Source: Dicyema japonicum
Taxonomy: Eukaryota > Animalia > Dicyemida
Assembly (NCBI GenBank): GCA_011109175.1
Contig: RDEW01000011.1
Span: forward strand, 939,406 to 973,409
DNA: 34,004 bases
Direction of reading: 5' to 3'
Shown here in pieces: positions 11,631 through 22,497 of this stretch (positions are counted from its first letter, which is position 1; each line of letters opens with the position of its first letter). Under the pieces are notes generated by a model. The model saw only the letters and a program-made list of their open reading frames with translations, was not told where the DNA came from and did not search any database. Position numbers and translations under genes: made by a program.

Positions 11631-12254
11631 AGGGGGTCGTTGTTTGTTGAAAGTCACATGAAATCCCCTTGGGCTGCAAGTCAAACTATATCCCCGAGAT
11701 ACGAGAAGAAACCTTTCCCTTTGGAGTTGATTAATCCAGGACTCGAGACGCTAACGTGATCTGAAATCGGTTGAACAGCAACTAAAAAGCAGCTGTGATG
11801 TGCTAACAGCAACAGAGTAAGTATAAAGAGGTTAGTAGACAGAATCTTTTCAGGGTTTTTCGTATTTTTATGTCTTCTCACATTCTTCTTTTTCATTAAC
11901 AGGTTTGAATTTTCTTTCGGTTTACTTTTAAGTAGCATTGTGTTTTGTTATTTCCCAGTGATCGCATTCCAACCTTGATTTTTCTAGTGTCGCACGTGTG
12001 GAATATGTTTCTACATTTTGTTGCTAATAATTCCAGAGGAAATCATCTAGATTCCCTTAACATGGACTGATCACCAGATCCTATAAGAATATCTGAACGC
12101 ATGATGTCAATCGGCAAAAGAAGCCACTTGAAAGCTAGGTTGATGAGTCTTTAGGATTTGAAGGGTTTATGGAATGCAATACTTTTGCTTTGTTTTAAAT
12201 GCTAATTAATTTTATCAAAACAGGACCAGATAAGTTCTAACCATTGATCCCCGC

Positions 12255-13105
12255 TGACATAATTGATGGGGGCTGTTTCTCACGATAGAAAAGGAGATCA
12301 TTTTGAGGAACCATGGGTTTCACAGACCTCATGGTTTCTGAGTGTAGCCAGACGATTTATTTTTTGAATGAGTGGTGATTCCACAGCTAATCGCGTCTCG
12401 AGCCACAGCACGATTGACTATGTTGCTAAGTCATCATTATTGCCTCAGGACCACTGGGTTAAGAAAGAAGTTTTTCTACTTCTCGTTAGCATGGGCGAGG
12501 AAACGGACTCAGAAAACAACGGAAGTTCTAAATAAACGAGGTTTCAAATACACGTAGGATTTGGGTTCAAATCTTGTCCAGCCCAAAAATTGAAAGAACT
12601 CGATGATCATTAGAAATAAAATTAGTTTAACTGTTCCCCATTGAATTTTCGAACGTTAGTCATTTATTTACCTCCTGTCNTGACATAATTGATGGGGGCT
12701 GTTTCTCACGATAGCAAAGGAGATCATTTTGAGGAACCATGGGTTTCACAGACGTCATGGTTTCTGAGTGTAGACAGACGATTCATTTTTTGAATGAGTG
12801 GTGATTCCACAGCTAATCGCGACTCGAGCCACAGCACGATTGACTATGTTGCTAAGTCATCATTATTGCCTCAGGACCACTGGGTTAAGAGAGAAGTCTT
12901 TTTACTTCTCGTTAGCATGGGCGAGGAAACGGACTCGGAAAACAACGGAAGTTCTAAATAAACGAGGTTTCAAATACACGTAGGATTTGGGTTCAAATCT
13001 TGTCCAGCCCAAAAATTTAAAGAACTCGATGATCATTAGAAATAAAATTAGTTTAACTGTTCCCCATTGAATTTTCGAACGTTAGTCATTTATTTACCTC
13101 CTGTC
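12255..13105. repeat. ~425-bp direct duplication bridged by a single N (12680); each copy contains a LINE 3'-end-like element on the minus strand (12435-12540, 12861-12966)
   Basis: Copies differ by scattered substitutions. Each has cattattgcctcaggaccactgggttaag, related to 17293 and 30674. Confidence 0.85.
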
Positions 13106-13482
13106 TTTTCAACTGAAGGAAACCAATGATCAACAGGGAAGTTCCAGCCAAAAGCGAACACTCCCAATCGAGGTGGATCTTGTGTGGTAGGTCCCTGAAA
13201 TACGAGTCCTTAAAACTGCACAACTTCCCAATATCAAAGAAATTGAAGTATCATGGATTATGAAAAAGCGGATTTGCATGGTGGCTGGTAGTATTGCTCA
13301 GTCTTGTCGATGAGAGACGAAGGAAACTTAAACCAACAATTAGACCCAAGACGAAGTAATTATAAAATAAGGTAGAAGGCCCTACTCATTTAGTCTGGGG
13401 GAACTTAAGCAGAATATTAATCGGCAATAATAATTAATACAAAGATAACTTTGTATCGAAAATTATTAAATTTGTTAGTAAT

Positions 13483-15644
13483 TCATAAGTTTGTAGAGAA
13501 ATGTGGATATCGTATTCCATCTCTGTTAACGTCAAGAACTGGACCATAATTCGCGTCAGGAGTAAAGAGACTTCTCACTGACTAACGAAATTAGTAATAA
13601 AATTACATTTCCTTCTTTTATCACTTTAACGAAAAATAAATAAAAAGCATAAACTGGAATCATTATTATTACCGCCAAAAAGATAAACCAGCCGAGAATT
13701 TCAGAAAATTCTGGCATTGGGACGCCGTTGTATGATGTTTTTTTGTAGGTCACCGCGGAAAACAAAAAAATCGCCTTTGGAAATTGTTAAAATAATAAAT
13801 ACGATTAAGACCAATGGAGATGTTACGAACCAAGTGAACTGCCAATAACGATTCGGAATAGACCCCGACATCATTGATAAATCTTTGGAAAAATTTTTGA
13901 TTCCATAGATCCAAGAAACAGCCAAAACTTCGCAAAAGGCAATAATGACAAGAGATAGACCAGCTGCCTTTTTGTCCAACAAGGTGACCCAATAAACCCC
14001 TGCCTGTACAGCTTATAAATAAATTGACGAACTTGAGTCGCCTGAGGTAGTCCAAAAATGAACCAAGCAGCACATAAGAATAAGGTAGTAATTATTCTCC
14101 GTTTCTTAAGGAATTTGGATGAATCAAACACAACTGAAAGAAATGTTTCGTACATGGCAAACTAGAAAACTGAACTAATTAAATTACCTGGCTATCAAGT
14201 CCAACAGCTATAATCATCAGAAAGAGTAAGACAGACCACAAATTCGATGCAGGGAGAGTGACCAAAACTTCTGGATAAACGACAAAAATTAGTCCAGCAC
14301 CTAAAATATTATAAAAATTGACTACGAACCATCAGCAACAACTTTATCGACTGGAAGGCCAGTTTTATAACTTAAATAGCCAATAATCGCAAAAACAGCG
14401 AATCCTGCATAAATGCTTGTAAGGCAATTCACCAGAGCACAAATAACAGCATCTCTAATTTTTTATATTTCCCTACTTAAACCTGCTAAATTTATTATCG
14501 AACTCATTATAAGAAGAGTAAAGTAAAAGAGATCCGAATCCAATACCTAAAGAATAAAAAATTTGAGTAGCTGCAGCTATCCAAACAGTTCCGTCAGCCA
14601 ATTTAGACCACGTGGGTTTTATAAAATAAGTAATTCCTTTTAGAGCTCCCGGTTGCGAAGCTGTTTTGCCAAGAATGATTGAAATCAAAATATACGGTAA
14701 AATTGCTGTAAAGTACACAATCTACAGTAATTAAACTATGATACTTTTCCACTAGATTTAATGCCTTTGGAAAGACAAATAAACACAATCAACCAAGCAA
14801 CCCCCAAAGCCCCAAGAACAGCGGGAACAAATTTTCCAGTGTCAGCAATACTTTTTGTTTGCTCAAGGACCTTGTTCCTAAAATAGTTAAATCAAAAATA
14901 CGTCCAAAATTCCTCAGAAGGTGAGATTCCACTGTAGGTGGAGCAATTGAATTCTCTCCATAAAGTATCCATACTGATCTCTGAATATAATCTTTTCTCG
15001 CTCAAAAAATGTTTAATCGTTTCATTGTCACACAAAAAATTTTTGTTGATTTTAGCTTAAAATTAAAAAGATATAAAACTGAGACTTCCTATTCCCAGTG
15101 AAGTTATGTTGTATTCAAGTTCTACTGTCCTATCAGTGCAGTTTCCAGTGTTCCACGGATTTCCACATGTCTTCCAAGGAATTTCTGGAAAACAAGAATA
15201 ATATAAGTAAACGAATGCCCAAGAAATTATCGTGTTATAATACATTGTGACAAGGCCTGACATTAAGCCCATAGAGTAGCCAATTCCTAAGACATATAAT
15301 ATTTTGATACCCTTGAAAATTGGCACCATTGAAAAGGCTAGTAGAGGTCGAGCTGAACTAAACTGCCCAGTTCCGAACTCCAGATGGAAAAGTGGAATTC
15401 CAGCAAGAAATAAGAAAATCACATAAGGTACCAAGAAGGCCCCTATAGATATATTATTTAAAATACCTCCTCCGTTTGAGTATGCAAGGTAAGGAAATCT
15501 CCAAATATTGCCCAAACCAACAGCATAACCAATTACGGAGAGCATAAATTGGAGATGATTCTCCCATTTTTCATGCGACTAAGATAATTATGAAATATTA
15601 ACAGAATCTGAGGATTTGTCTGTTTGCTTTTTCTTTATGCTCAT
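13483..15644 (-). CDS. SLC6/NSS Na+/Cl- dependent transporter, amino-acid (glycine/proline-type) like, copy A; 13 exons, intact
   Basis: TM1 GYAVGLGNIWRFPY (Gly at the monoamine Asp position), NGGGAFLVPY, YYN, EL2 CGNPWNTGNC, SPSEEFW, KSSGKIVYF, AAATQIFYSLG, NCLTS, GLDSQF, YWVTLLD, WIYG. Twelve GT-AG introns of 23-30 nt give one open frame from ATG 15644 to TGA 13483. Confidence 0.95.
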
Positions 15645-15659
15645 TTTTAACGTCAACAA

Positions 15660-15825
15660 ATTTCCGATATTTATATTTGAAATCTAAAATACTTTCTGGT
15701 TTTTTTTGATAAAAACCACAAACAAATATATTTAAATTGTCTGAAATTTTACTGGCTCAATAATGATAATGCATTTATTTTAAGTGCGACCAATAGCGTC
15801 AGACATTTTAATTACTTTCGTCATC
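15660..15825 (-). promoter_or_regulatory. Putative promoter of SLC6 copy A (TATAAATA at 15675-15668 plus conserved blocks)
   Basis: Short blocks (plus-strand cgatatttatatt, aaaaaccac, gtctgaaatttta, tgataatgcatt, cgtcaga, tttcgtca) are shared in the same order with the copy B upstream region. Confidence 0.6.
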
Positions 15826-15905
15826 CTATTTCAGCACTTATGATAATCATTCCGGCTTAATTTAACTGTTAACTTATTAAATTACAGAAATTAATCACTC
15901 ACGTT

Positions 15906-16478
15906 TCATACCGCAAAATTATATTCATGTGAATTATAAAATTTCTCAAATATTTGCAGTAATTTTACAGCAGTGATAATATCATGAATAAGATAATAAA
16001 TCAACGTCATACCGCAAAATTATATTCATGTGAATTATAAAATTTCTCAAATATTTGCAGTAATTTTACAGCAGTGATAATATCATGAATAAGATAATAA
16101 ATCAACGTCATTCGACAAATTTATATGATGTGATTAGAAAAATAAATAATTAGTCACCAAATCAGTCTTCGTATTTTTATCGCTTTTAAAAATAATTTTC
16201 ATTTGCTTTAGAAAAATAAATTTCATAAACTCGAGTGGGCAGAATTAAAAATATCTTTGTCCATTAATTACTAATGACTTTGATATTTATCTAGATCACA
16301 AGGATATTTATGACTTTCTTTATCAACGATTTAATCCTTAAAAACTACCAATTCGGTCCTGGAAAATATCTTTGTCCATTAATTACTAATGACTTTGATA
16401 TTTATCTAGATCACAAGGATATTTATGACTTTCTTTATCAACGATTTAATCCTTAAAAACTACCAATTCGGTCCTGGA
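15906..16478. repeat. Two-copy tandem duplications (101 bp at 15906/16007; 115 bp at 16248/16363)
   Basis: Direct, essentially perfect head-to-tail copies seen in the sequence. Confidence 0.9.
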
Positions 16479-16489
16479 GAGACAGAGCT

Positions 16490-17000
16490 GCTTTCTGCGA
16501 AATGAGCCAAGGCCCTTCTCTTAGTTTTAAAATCCTATGAGAGAATCAGCTTCACAAAGGCGTCATACAGTCTGATTATAGGGAAGAGACTAACTGAACG
16601 TCGTTCTATTTATTCGTTGATTAATTTAGTCATAGTCACTGTCGATAGAAATTTTCCCATGGTGATATCTTCGGTTTCTTAGACCTCCCCCATCTTTCGT
16701 TTCTACGTGATTCTATCCCGTTGAGCTTGACAATCAACATTTTCCTAGAGGATCCGGCGCCATCTCAAGTAGATGTCGGAGCACTCCCTAGTCATTTAAG
16801 ATAAAGTCCACGTCGTCAGCGTACACACAAAGAGCTGATTCAAAATAATGACGAATAATAAGAAAATTTCCCTGAGATGTGCCCACTGTTGTCATGATTT
16901 TCCGAGGCAGGGATTTTCCAATGCGAACCCTTAGCCTCGTTTTTGAGAGAGGAGTTTGTATCAGTGCTTCAATCAATTTTCGTGGCGTGCAGTGTCAAAA
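16490..17000 (-). mobile_element. Heavily decayed RTE-like RT remnant
   Basis: TTVGTSQG, CVYADDVDFI and RLYDAFVKLIL, parallel to RLYNAFVKPVL in the 3307-4680 element; many stops and deletions. Confidence 0.7.
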
Positions 17001-17292
17001 GCTCTTGTGAGATCTATTCCACGGATTGTTGCTGCAATTCGATACCAAAGTTTTTAATAAGAAAAATCTTGTAAGCGATCTCAAAGTCTTTAATCGCGTT
17101 GGTAAGTTTTTATATTTTTTAGAATAGGTGAGGTTAAAATTCGGGAACATAGAGGAACGATCCCAGAATAAGTCCATGGTTCTACCAAACCATTGGTCAG
17201 CTATCAATCAGTTTTGTGTGTGCGAATATTAACATTCAATCTTTTATTAAAAATGTAAATTATGAAATAAAACAAATTCGTCGAATTTCAGA

Positions 17293-17410
17293 ATTATTGC
17301 CTCAAGACCACTGGGTTAAGAGAATATTCATTTAAGTGATCCCAGACCGACGTGGGAGAGGTCGAAACTGAGAAGCATCTTGAACCGCTCTCCATAACGG
17401 GTTCGGAAGC
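17293..17410 (-). mobile_element. Isolated LINE 3' end (related to 1301-1400 and 30674)
   Basis: Minus strand gtcggtctgggatcactta...acccagtggtcttgaggcaataat. Confidence 0.75.
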
Positions 17411-17559
17411 TTTTCGTATCTCGTGTGATTTCTGAGGTATCTTACAAAAATATCATAAGGAAACTGTTTAGCAAGCTGGTTGTCCTTACGAATTTTTTTT
17501 TCAAGTCAGACTAGGAATTAAGGCCGATGATTCTGTTGGCGTCTCCCTATGGTCAATTT

Positions 17560-17900
17560 TGGAACAGAAAATGGCCATTGACTACGTTGCACTCGCACAG
17601 TTCAATACTAAAGGGACAAATTGTATGTAGATAATGGATAGGGATCCAGCATTGTTTCAAAAGCTTTTGCGACGATTTTAGGATTGTCATTATCCTCATC
17701 GCTGCTTTCATTTAGTTTCCCCATGCTTGGGGGGAAAATGTCCCTGATCAAACAATCTCCCAGGATGTTTGGTGTCCTATTGACAAGAATAATCGTATGA
17801 TTAAGGATTTTGTAGTCCCTTTTGCACGTAGCAAACAACGCTACAACCGACTGTTGGGGAAATCTCAAGGCGTAGTGGAGAACTTGAAGATATGGCGATT
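17560..17900 (-). mobile_element. Possible decayed APE endonuclease region of a LINE
   Basis: VALFAT...LNHTIILVNRTPNILGD resembles the YAPT...IILGDFN segment; it lies upstream of and co-oriented with the RTE remnant. Confidence 0.35.
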
Positions 17901-18049
17901 AAATTGCATTTCGTCTCGATGAATAGAGTTCTTATCCCCCAGAAAGTGTTAAACTCATTTGATTAGTCGACTCATGACAAAATATTGAATTTGATAAAAA
18001 ATGAACTCTCTTATTTAATATTTGTCTAATCGATTCTAAATTGACCTTT

Positions 18050-20290
18050 TCCTCTTAGAGAAGTTAACTCCCAACTCACCTCGATCCCCTCTCCACTTCC
18101 ACCCGCAATGGAATGTCCTGGTAACTAATACATGCTAGTTATAAAAGTTGGTTAGAAACAGAAATATACTTTTTTATTAGACACCTTGATTCCATTTTTT
18201 GTTCAATCAGCAAACTCCTGAATTTTCTTAAGTAAAACGATTGGATCTAAGTCTTCGTCGTCTTTTCTACAAATGACTCATCCATTAAAGAGAACCCCAT
18301 TTTAGGTAAATTTTAGTGAGGTAATTCCAATGAGGTTATCTCAATTTGTTCACAAAAAATTGTTAAACTGGATTGTTATTATAATTCACTTTCCCAACAA
18401 GAAAGTTATATCCTTTACGTCGTTTGTGCCACCTCAGGATTATCCGACCTGTTATACTCTTCCACGCTAGACATTGCTATTTTTCGGAGGCTGTCTGTTA
18501 AACTGGATTATTTAAGAAAATTAAAATTTGTTATTAAAAAAAATAAAATCAACAAGTTCACATTATTGTACAAAGATGTTTTAATATTTTTAGTGACCAC
18601 AGAGTTCTAAATAAAAAATGACAGTAAAGTTAGTGAGATATTTGAAACGGGTGATTTCCTGACTTTACGCACTCTATCTAGTTCCTTCGGCCAGAGTGTG
18701 GATCCAATGATGCCTCTATGAATAGAAGGCAAAACAGAAAGGAAATCCTTCGACCAATTAGGTAACGGTGTTGGAGTTGAACACACAGCCAATGAAGAAA
18801 AACACTCTATTTATTTAACCCCAGGCTTACAATATTTGGTAAGCTTGGCACAATCAGACACAACTAATTAATCCAAACAAGAAGCCCAAGGGAGAAGTCT
18901 GCTTGTGCTGACCAAATCCAGGCTTCCGCATCCGAAGAGAGGTGGAGAAATATATTCCCCTCTTCTATTTTTATCACACGTCCTACCGTCGCGAACATCA
19001 CTTCATTTATAGGCGGAAGAATTTTTATAATGTTGTCCAGGGAGATAGGTAGGAAGATCCCTTTCAACTAATGTATCGTGCCATAAGGACTCGTATCCTC
19101 ATGGGCGGAATCTGTTTGACGATAATTGACATTCGCTGAAAATTACATCTTTCGGATTCGAACCCTCGACTGTCAGATCCGATTTCATATGTAAAGTGAC
19201 GTCATAATTGAAGCATATTTTGGAAAATCATTATCTGAATAAAAAAAGACAATTCAACGATCAATCAGCTACGCTTCACATTGAAGAAGTGACGGACTCG
19301 AGAGACATCAGAAACCTGACATTATGGACAAAAGAACCACCGGATGCGCGTAATATCCGAGGTCTAATCACATCCAGTCTGACTTGAAAAATAGTAAAAT
19401 TATCTGTCAGAAGCTCCACGTGTAAGATGATGTTGCTAATAATATTCAATGAGGTATCCTTCTCTCTATTTCCCTTCAAAAATAAATTTCCATGCAAACC
19501 AATAAGCTTTAATTGTAGAGAAAGTCAACTGGATTCAACGGAGAGCCTTCCGTCTTTCTCCCTTGTCAGAGTCAATTCCTCGTCACTCCTTTCCTTTGAG
19601 TCTACAGGAAACAATGTCCACGGTTATTTCATTTCTGAATAGATGCAGGAAACCTATTTGGAAGCGAAATCATTCATGAAGAAGAATCAGCCCTGAAGAA
19701 GGACATCAGGATCAAGTTCTCATACAGTCATATGAGGAGACGCTTTCGGAAAACGGTAGGATCCACTCGAGAATTCAGAATTTGTTAAAAGCTTGAATCA
19801 CATAATCAGTTAGCTATAACATTTTCCTTCTCTGACGTCTTGGAGTTCTTAAATGAATAAACTGTAGTTCAGTTGGTACCTTGCTATTCTCACGAGCAAA
19901 GGGATTTCAAAAAACATAACTTCATTCTTAATTCTATCGAATTCAAGGTCACTTCTTCCATAGTTTGATACCTAAATTAAGATTTGGCATCAGGATTCAT
20001 AAATGGGAAAAAAACCGAGTAAAATTATGAACACTTTTTTCGATCTCGGATAATATATTCAAGTTCTTCTACACTTCATTTAACAGAAAATATCAATTTG
20101 GTTGTTCAGAGACAACTTCATTTGCTGTCTATAACATTCAGCCTTTGTAGAATTTCCACCAGTAAATAATTTTCTTATTCGGCCAACGGCAGACAAGAAA
20201 CGCAAACTGGTTAAATCACAATGTTCTAGAAATTTGATGAAAAACTCTTGTTTCACAACGGCAAAAAAGATCTTTATTATAGAAAAAATA
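18050..20290 (-). other. Unidentified gene-like or pseudogene region
   Basis: Multiple coding-like segments (SNYGRSDLEFDRIKNEVMFFEIPLL, LPPINEVMFATVGRVIKIEEGNIFLHLS, RKDDEDLDPIVLLKKIQEF) with candidate short introns. No consistent model or family. Confidence 0.3.
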
Positions 20291-20312
20291 ATTATTTAGA
20301 CTAACTACTTTT

Positions 20313-20657
20313 CCTTACGTGTCTTCGTTTCTTCCATTAGAAAAGATTTTTGCGACTCTACTATCATCCCCCGTAAGCATCACAAGAGAACTTACATTTC
20401 TTAGAGAAAATAGTATGTCACCGTCAATATGTTGGACGGCGCTGTGTGATCCCAGTTCCCGCAACCAAACGTGCCATCCTAAGCCTTACGTGTCTTCGTT
20501 TCTTCCATTATAAAAGATTTTTGCGACTCTACTATCATCCCCCGTAAGCATCACAAGAGAACTTACATTTCCTAGAGGAAATAGTATGTCACCGTCAATA
20601 TGTTGGACGGCGCTGTGTGATCTCAGTTCCCGCAACCAAACGTGCCATCTTAAGCCT
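20313..20657. repeat. 171-bp two-copy tandem duplication
   Basis: ccttacgtgtcttcgtttcttccatta... starts at 20313 and 20484. Confidence 0.9.
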
Positions 20658-20659
20658 GT

Positions 20660-21500
20660 GTGTCTCCATTGATCCCACTATCTAACGGAAATGTCTTCGT
20701 TGATCCTTGCAGAAGAAGACGATTGGAGAAGGAAATTTCTTAGCCAACCGATTTTCTTTTGCGTGAAACAGTGAGAGGCTTAGTGGGTGTCCATCTTCCT
20801 CGCAAATGCATAGAAATCCGGAACCACATCTACGAGTTGTAGATTCCGTCAGCAGGGGAGGTATTTCTGTTTCACATTGTGGTCCCAGCATACATGTTCT
20901 TTTCCTTCGCAGTAAGTTTAGTTTTTGGATAGTGGCCTCTGATAGCGCGAATCTCCACGCAGCAGAGGCATATTCCACAGCCGGGGCTATCTGGAGGAAT
21001 GTGGTTCCGATTGCTTTATTCATAATCGCTGGGGTCTTCTGGATGAGGGCCCGTGTGACATTCAATTTCTGTAGTCCTTTGGTGAAGACTTGTTTGCCAT
21101 AGGTAGGTAAAATTAAGCAGCCTGTCGTATGTCACTCCCACGATTGAGGGGTTTCTTGTGACAGGTATTCGAGTATGTCCGATGAAGATTTCTGGTTCTT
21201 CTTTAGACCGCCGATCGGAGGTGAATAAACTGCATGATGATTTTGAAGCGGATACCGCGATACCGAGACACGGTTACAATCAACCAATCGTGGATACAAT
21301 TTACTTTCATCTGTGCGAGTAAGACTGCTTCTGATGTCGAACTGCTTCTTGTTGCAATGATGATATCGTCAGCATAAGAAAGCAGTAGGAAGTCCTTGTC
21401 AATGTCTGCTGGCAGGTCGTGGAGGAAAAGGTTGAATAGAGTGGGGGGGACAAAAACGAACCTTGGGGCACTCTGTTTGGTAGTAAATCGTTGGACACTC
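20660..21500 (-). mobile_element. Decayed I-group (Ingi/Vingi-like) LINE RT fragment
   Basis: VPQGSFLSP, LFNLFLHDLP, LSYADDIIIA and PAVEYASAAW; homologous to 24360-26065; frameshifted. Confidence 0.85.
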
Positions 21501-21535
21501 ATGAACTATTGTTTTACTTTAAAAACATCATTACT

Positions 21536-21945
21536 TAATTTATAACAAAGTATTGTTAAAAATTAGACATTTAAAATTATTTTTTACTCCAAAAACAATG
21601 ACCGTTTAACGAACAGGCAACGTATTTACAGTGACAGTATTTTCCATTAACCATTGAAAATTCTACAATCATGATAAACCTTCGTCTTCGTCATGTTAGC
21701 ACTCAAATCATTCACGTTTAGCNTAATTTATAACAAAGTATTGTTAAAAATTAGACATTTAAAATTATTTTTTACTCCAAAAACAATGACCGTCCAACGA
21801 ACGGGCAACGTATTTACAGTGACAGTATTTTCCATTAACCATTGAAAATTCTACAATCATGATCAACCTTCGTCTTCGTCATGCTAGCACAAATTATGTT
21901 ATCTGTTATCTTCGTCGTGTTAGCACTCAAATCATTCACGTTTAG
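21536..21945. repeat. ~188-bp direct duplication bridged by a single N (21723)
   Basis: taatttataacaaag... at 21536 and 21724, with a few substitutions and an insertion. Confidence 0.85.
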
Positions 21946-22320
21946 CTCTGAGTCATTTGGTTCACCAACTCTGTAAGTTCTGTGGCATCCAGATAGGACA
22001 TATCTTGGAGCTTTTTGAAATATTTAATAAAAGCTTCATAGAGGGGGCTGTTGGGTTGAGTAACTGCACCCACCAACTTCCTTCTGATTATAAACTAATT
22101 TTCGGTTTTATGGAATACGAATGGTTTAGAAATTCTACGGATTTTTAAAACTCGTATAAATAGAAATTAAGTAGTTTCGGTGTCTACTGACAAGGGGAAA
22201 CTAAAAGATTAACCCTCCTTATTCTACTTAGCCATTCCCTAAAGGAGTTCCCACAAAAACACAAACTGGACGTTTTCTTTCATTTCCTCTGGTTCAAGAT
22301 AAACTTGTGTTATCTTGGAA

Positions 22321-22497
22321 NNNNNNNNNNNNNNNNNNNNNNNNNNNNNNNNNNNNNNNNNNNNNNNNNNNNNNNNNNNNNNNNNNNNNNNNNNNNNNNN
22401 NNNNNNNNNNNNNNNNNNNNNNNNNNNNNNNNNNNNNNNNNNNNNNNNNNNNNNNNNNNNNNNNNNNNNNNNNNNNNNNNNNNNNNNNNNNNNNNNN
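22321..22497. other. Assembly gap (177 N)
   Basis: Run of N truncating SLC6 copy B. Confidence 1.

Noticed and set aside
10584-11684. Long ORFs of 338-366 aa (and the 22294-22543 ORFs)
   Set aside because: They are almost entirely N; artefacts of translating gaps.
10330-12200. Coding-like minus-strand segments flanking the large gap (possible secreted or ZP-like protein)
   Set aside because: No consistent spliced frame or family motif, and the middle is missing.
19140-19185. tRNA-like GGTTCGAATCC on the minus strand (similar T-arm-like motifs at ~2760 and ~12565)
   Set aside because: No paired T-stem together with an acceptor stem, D-arm or A-box; no cloverleaf can be built.
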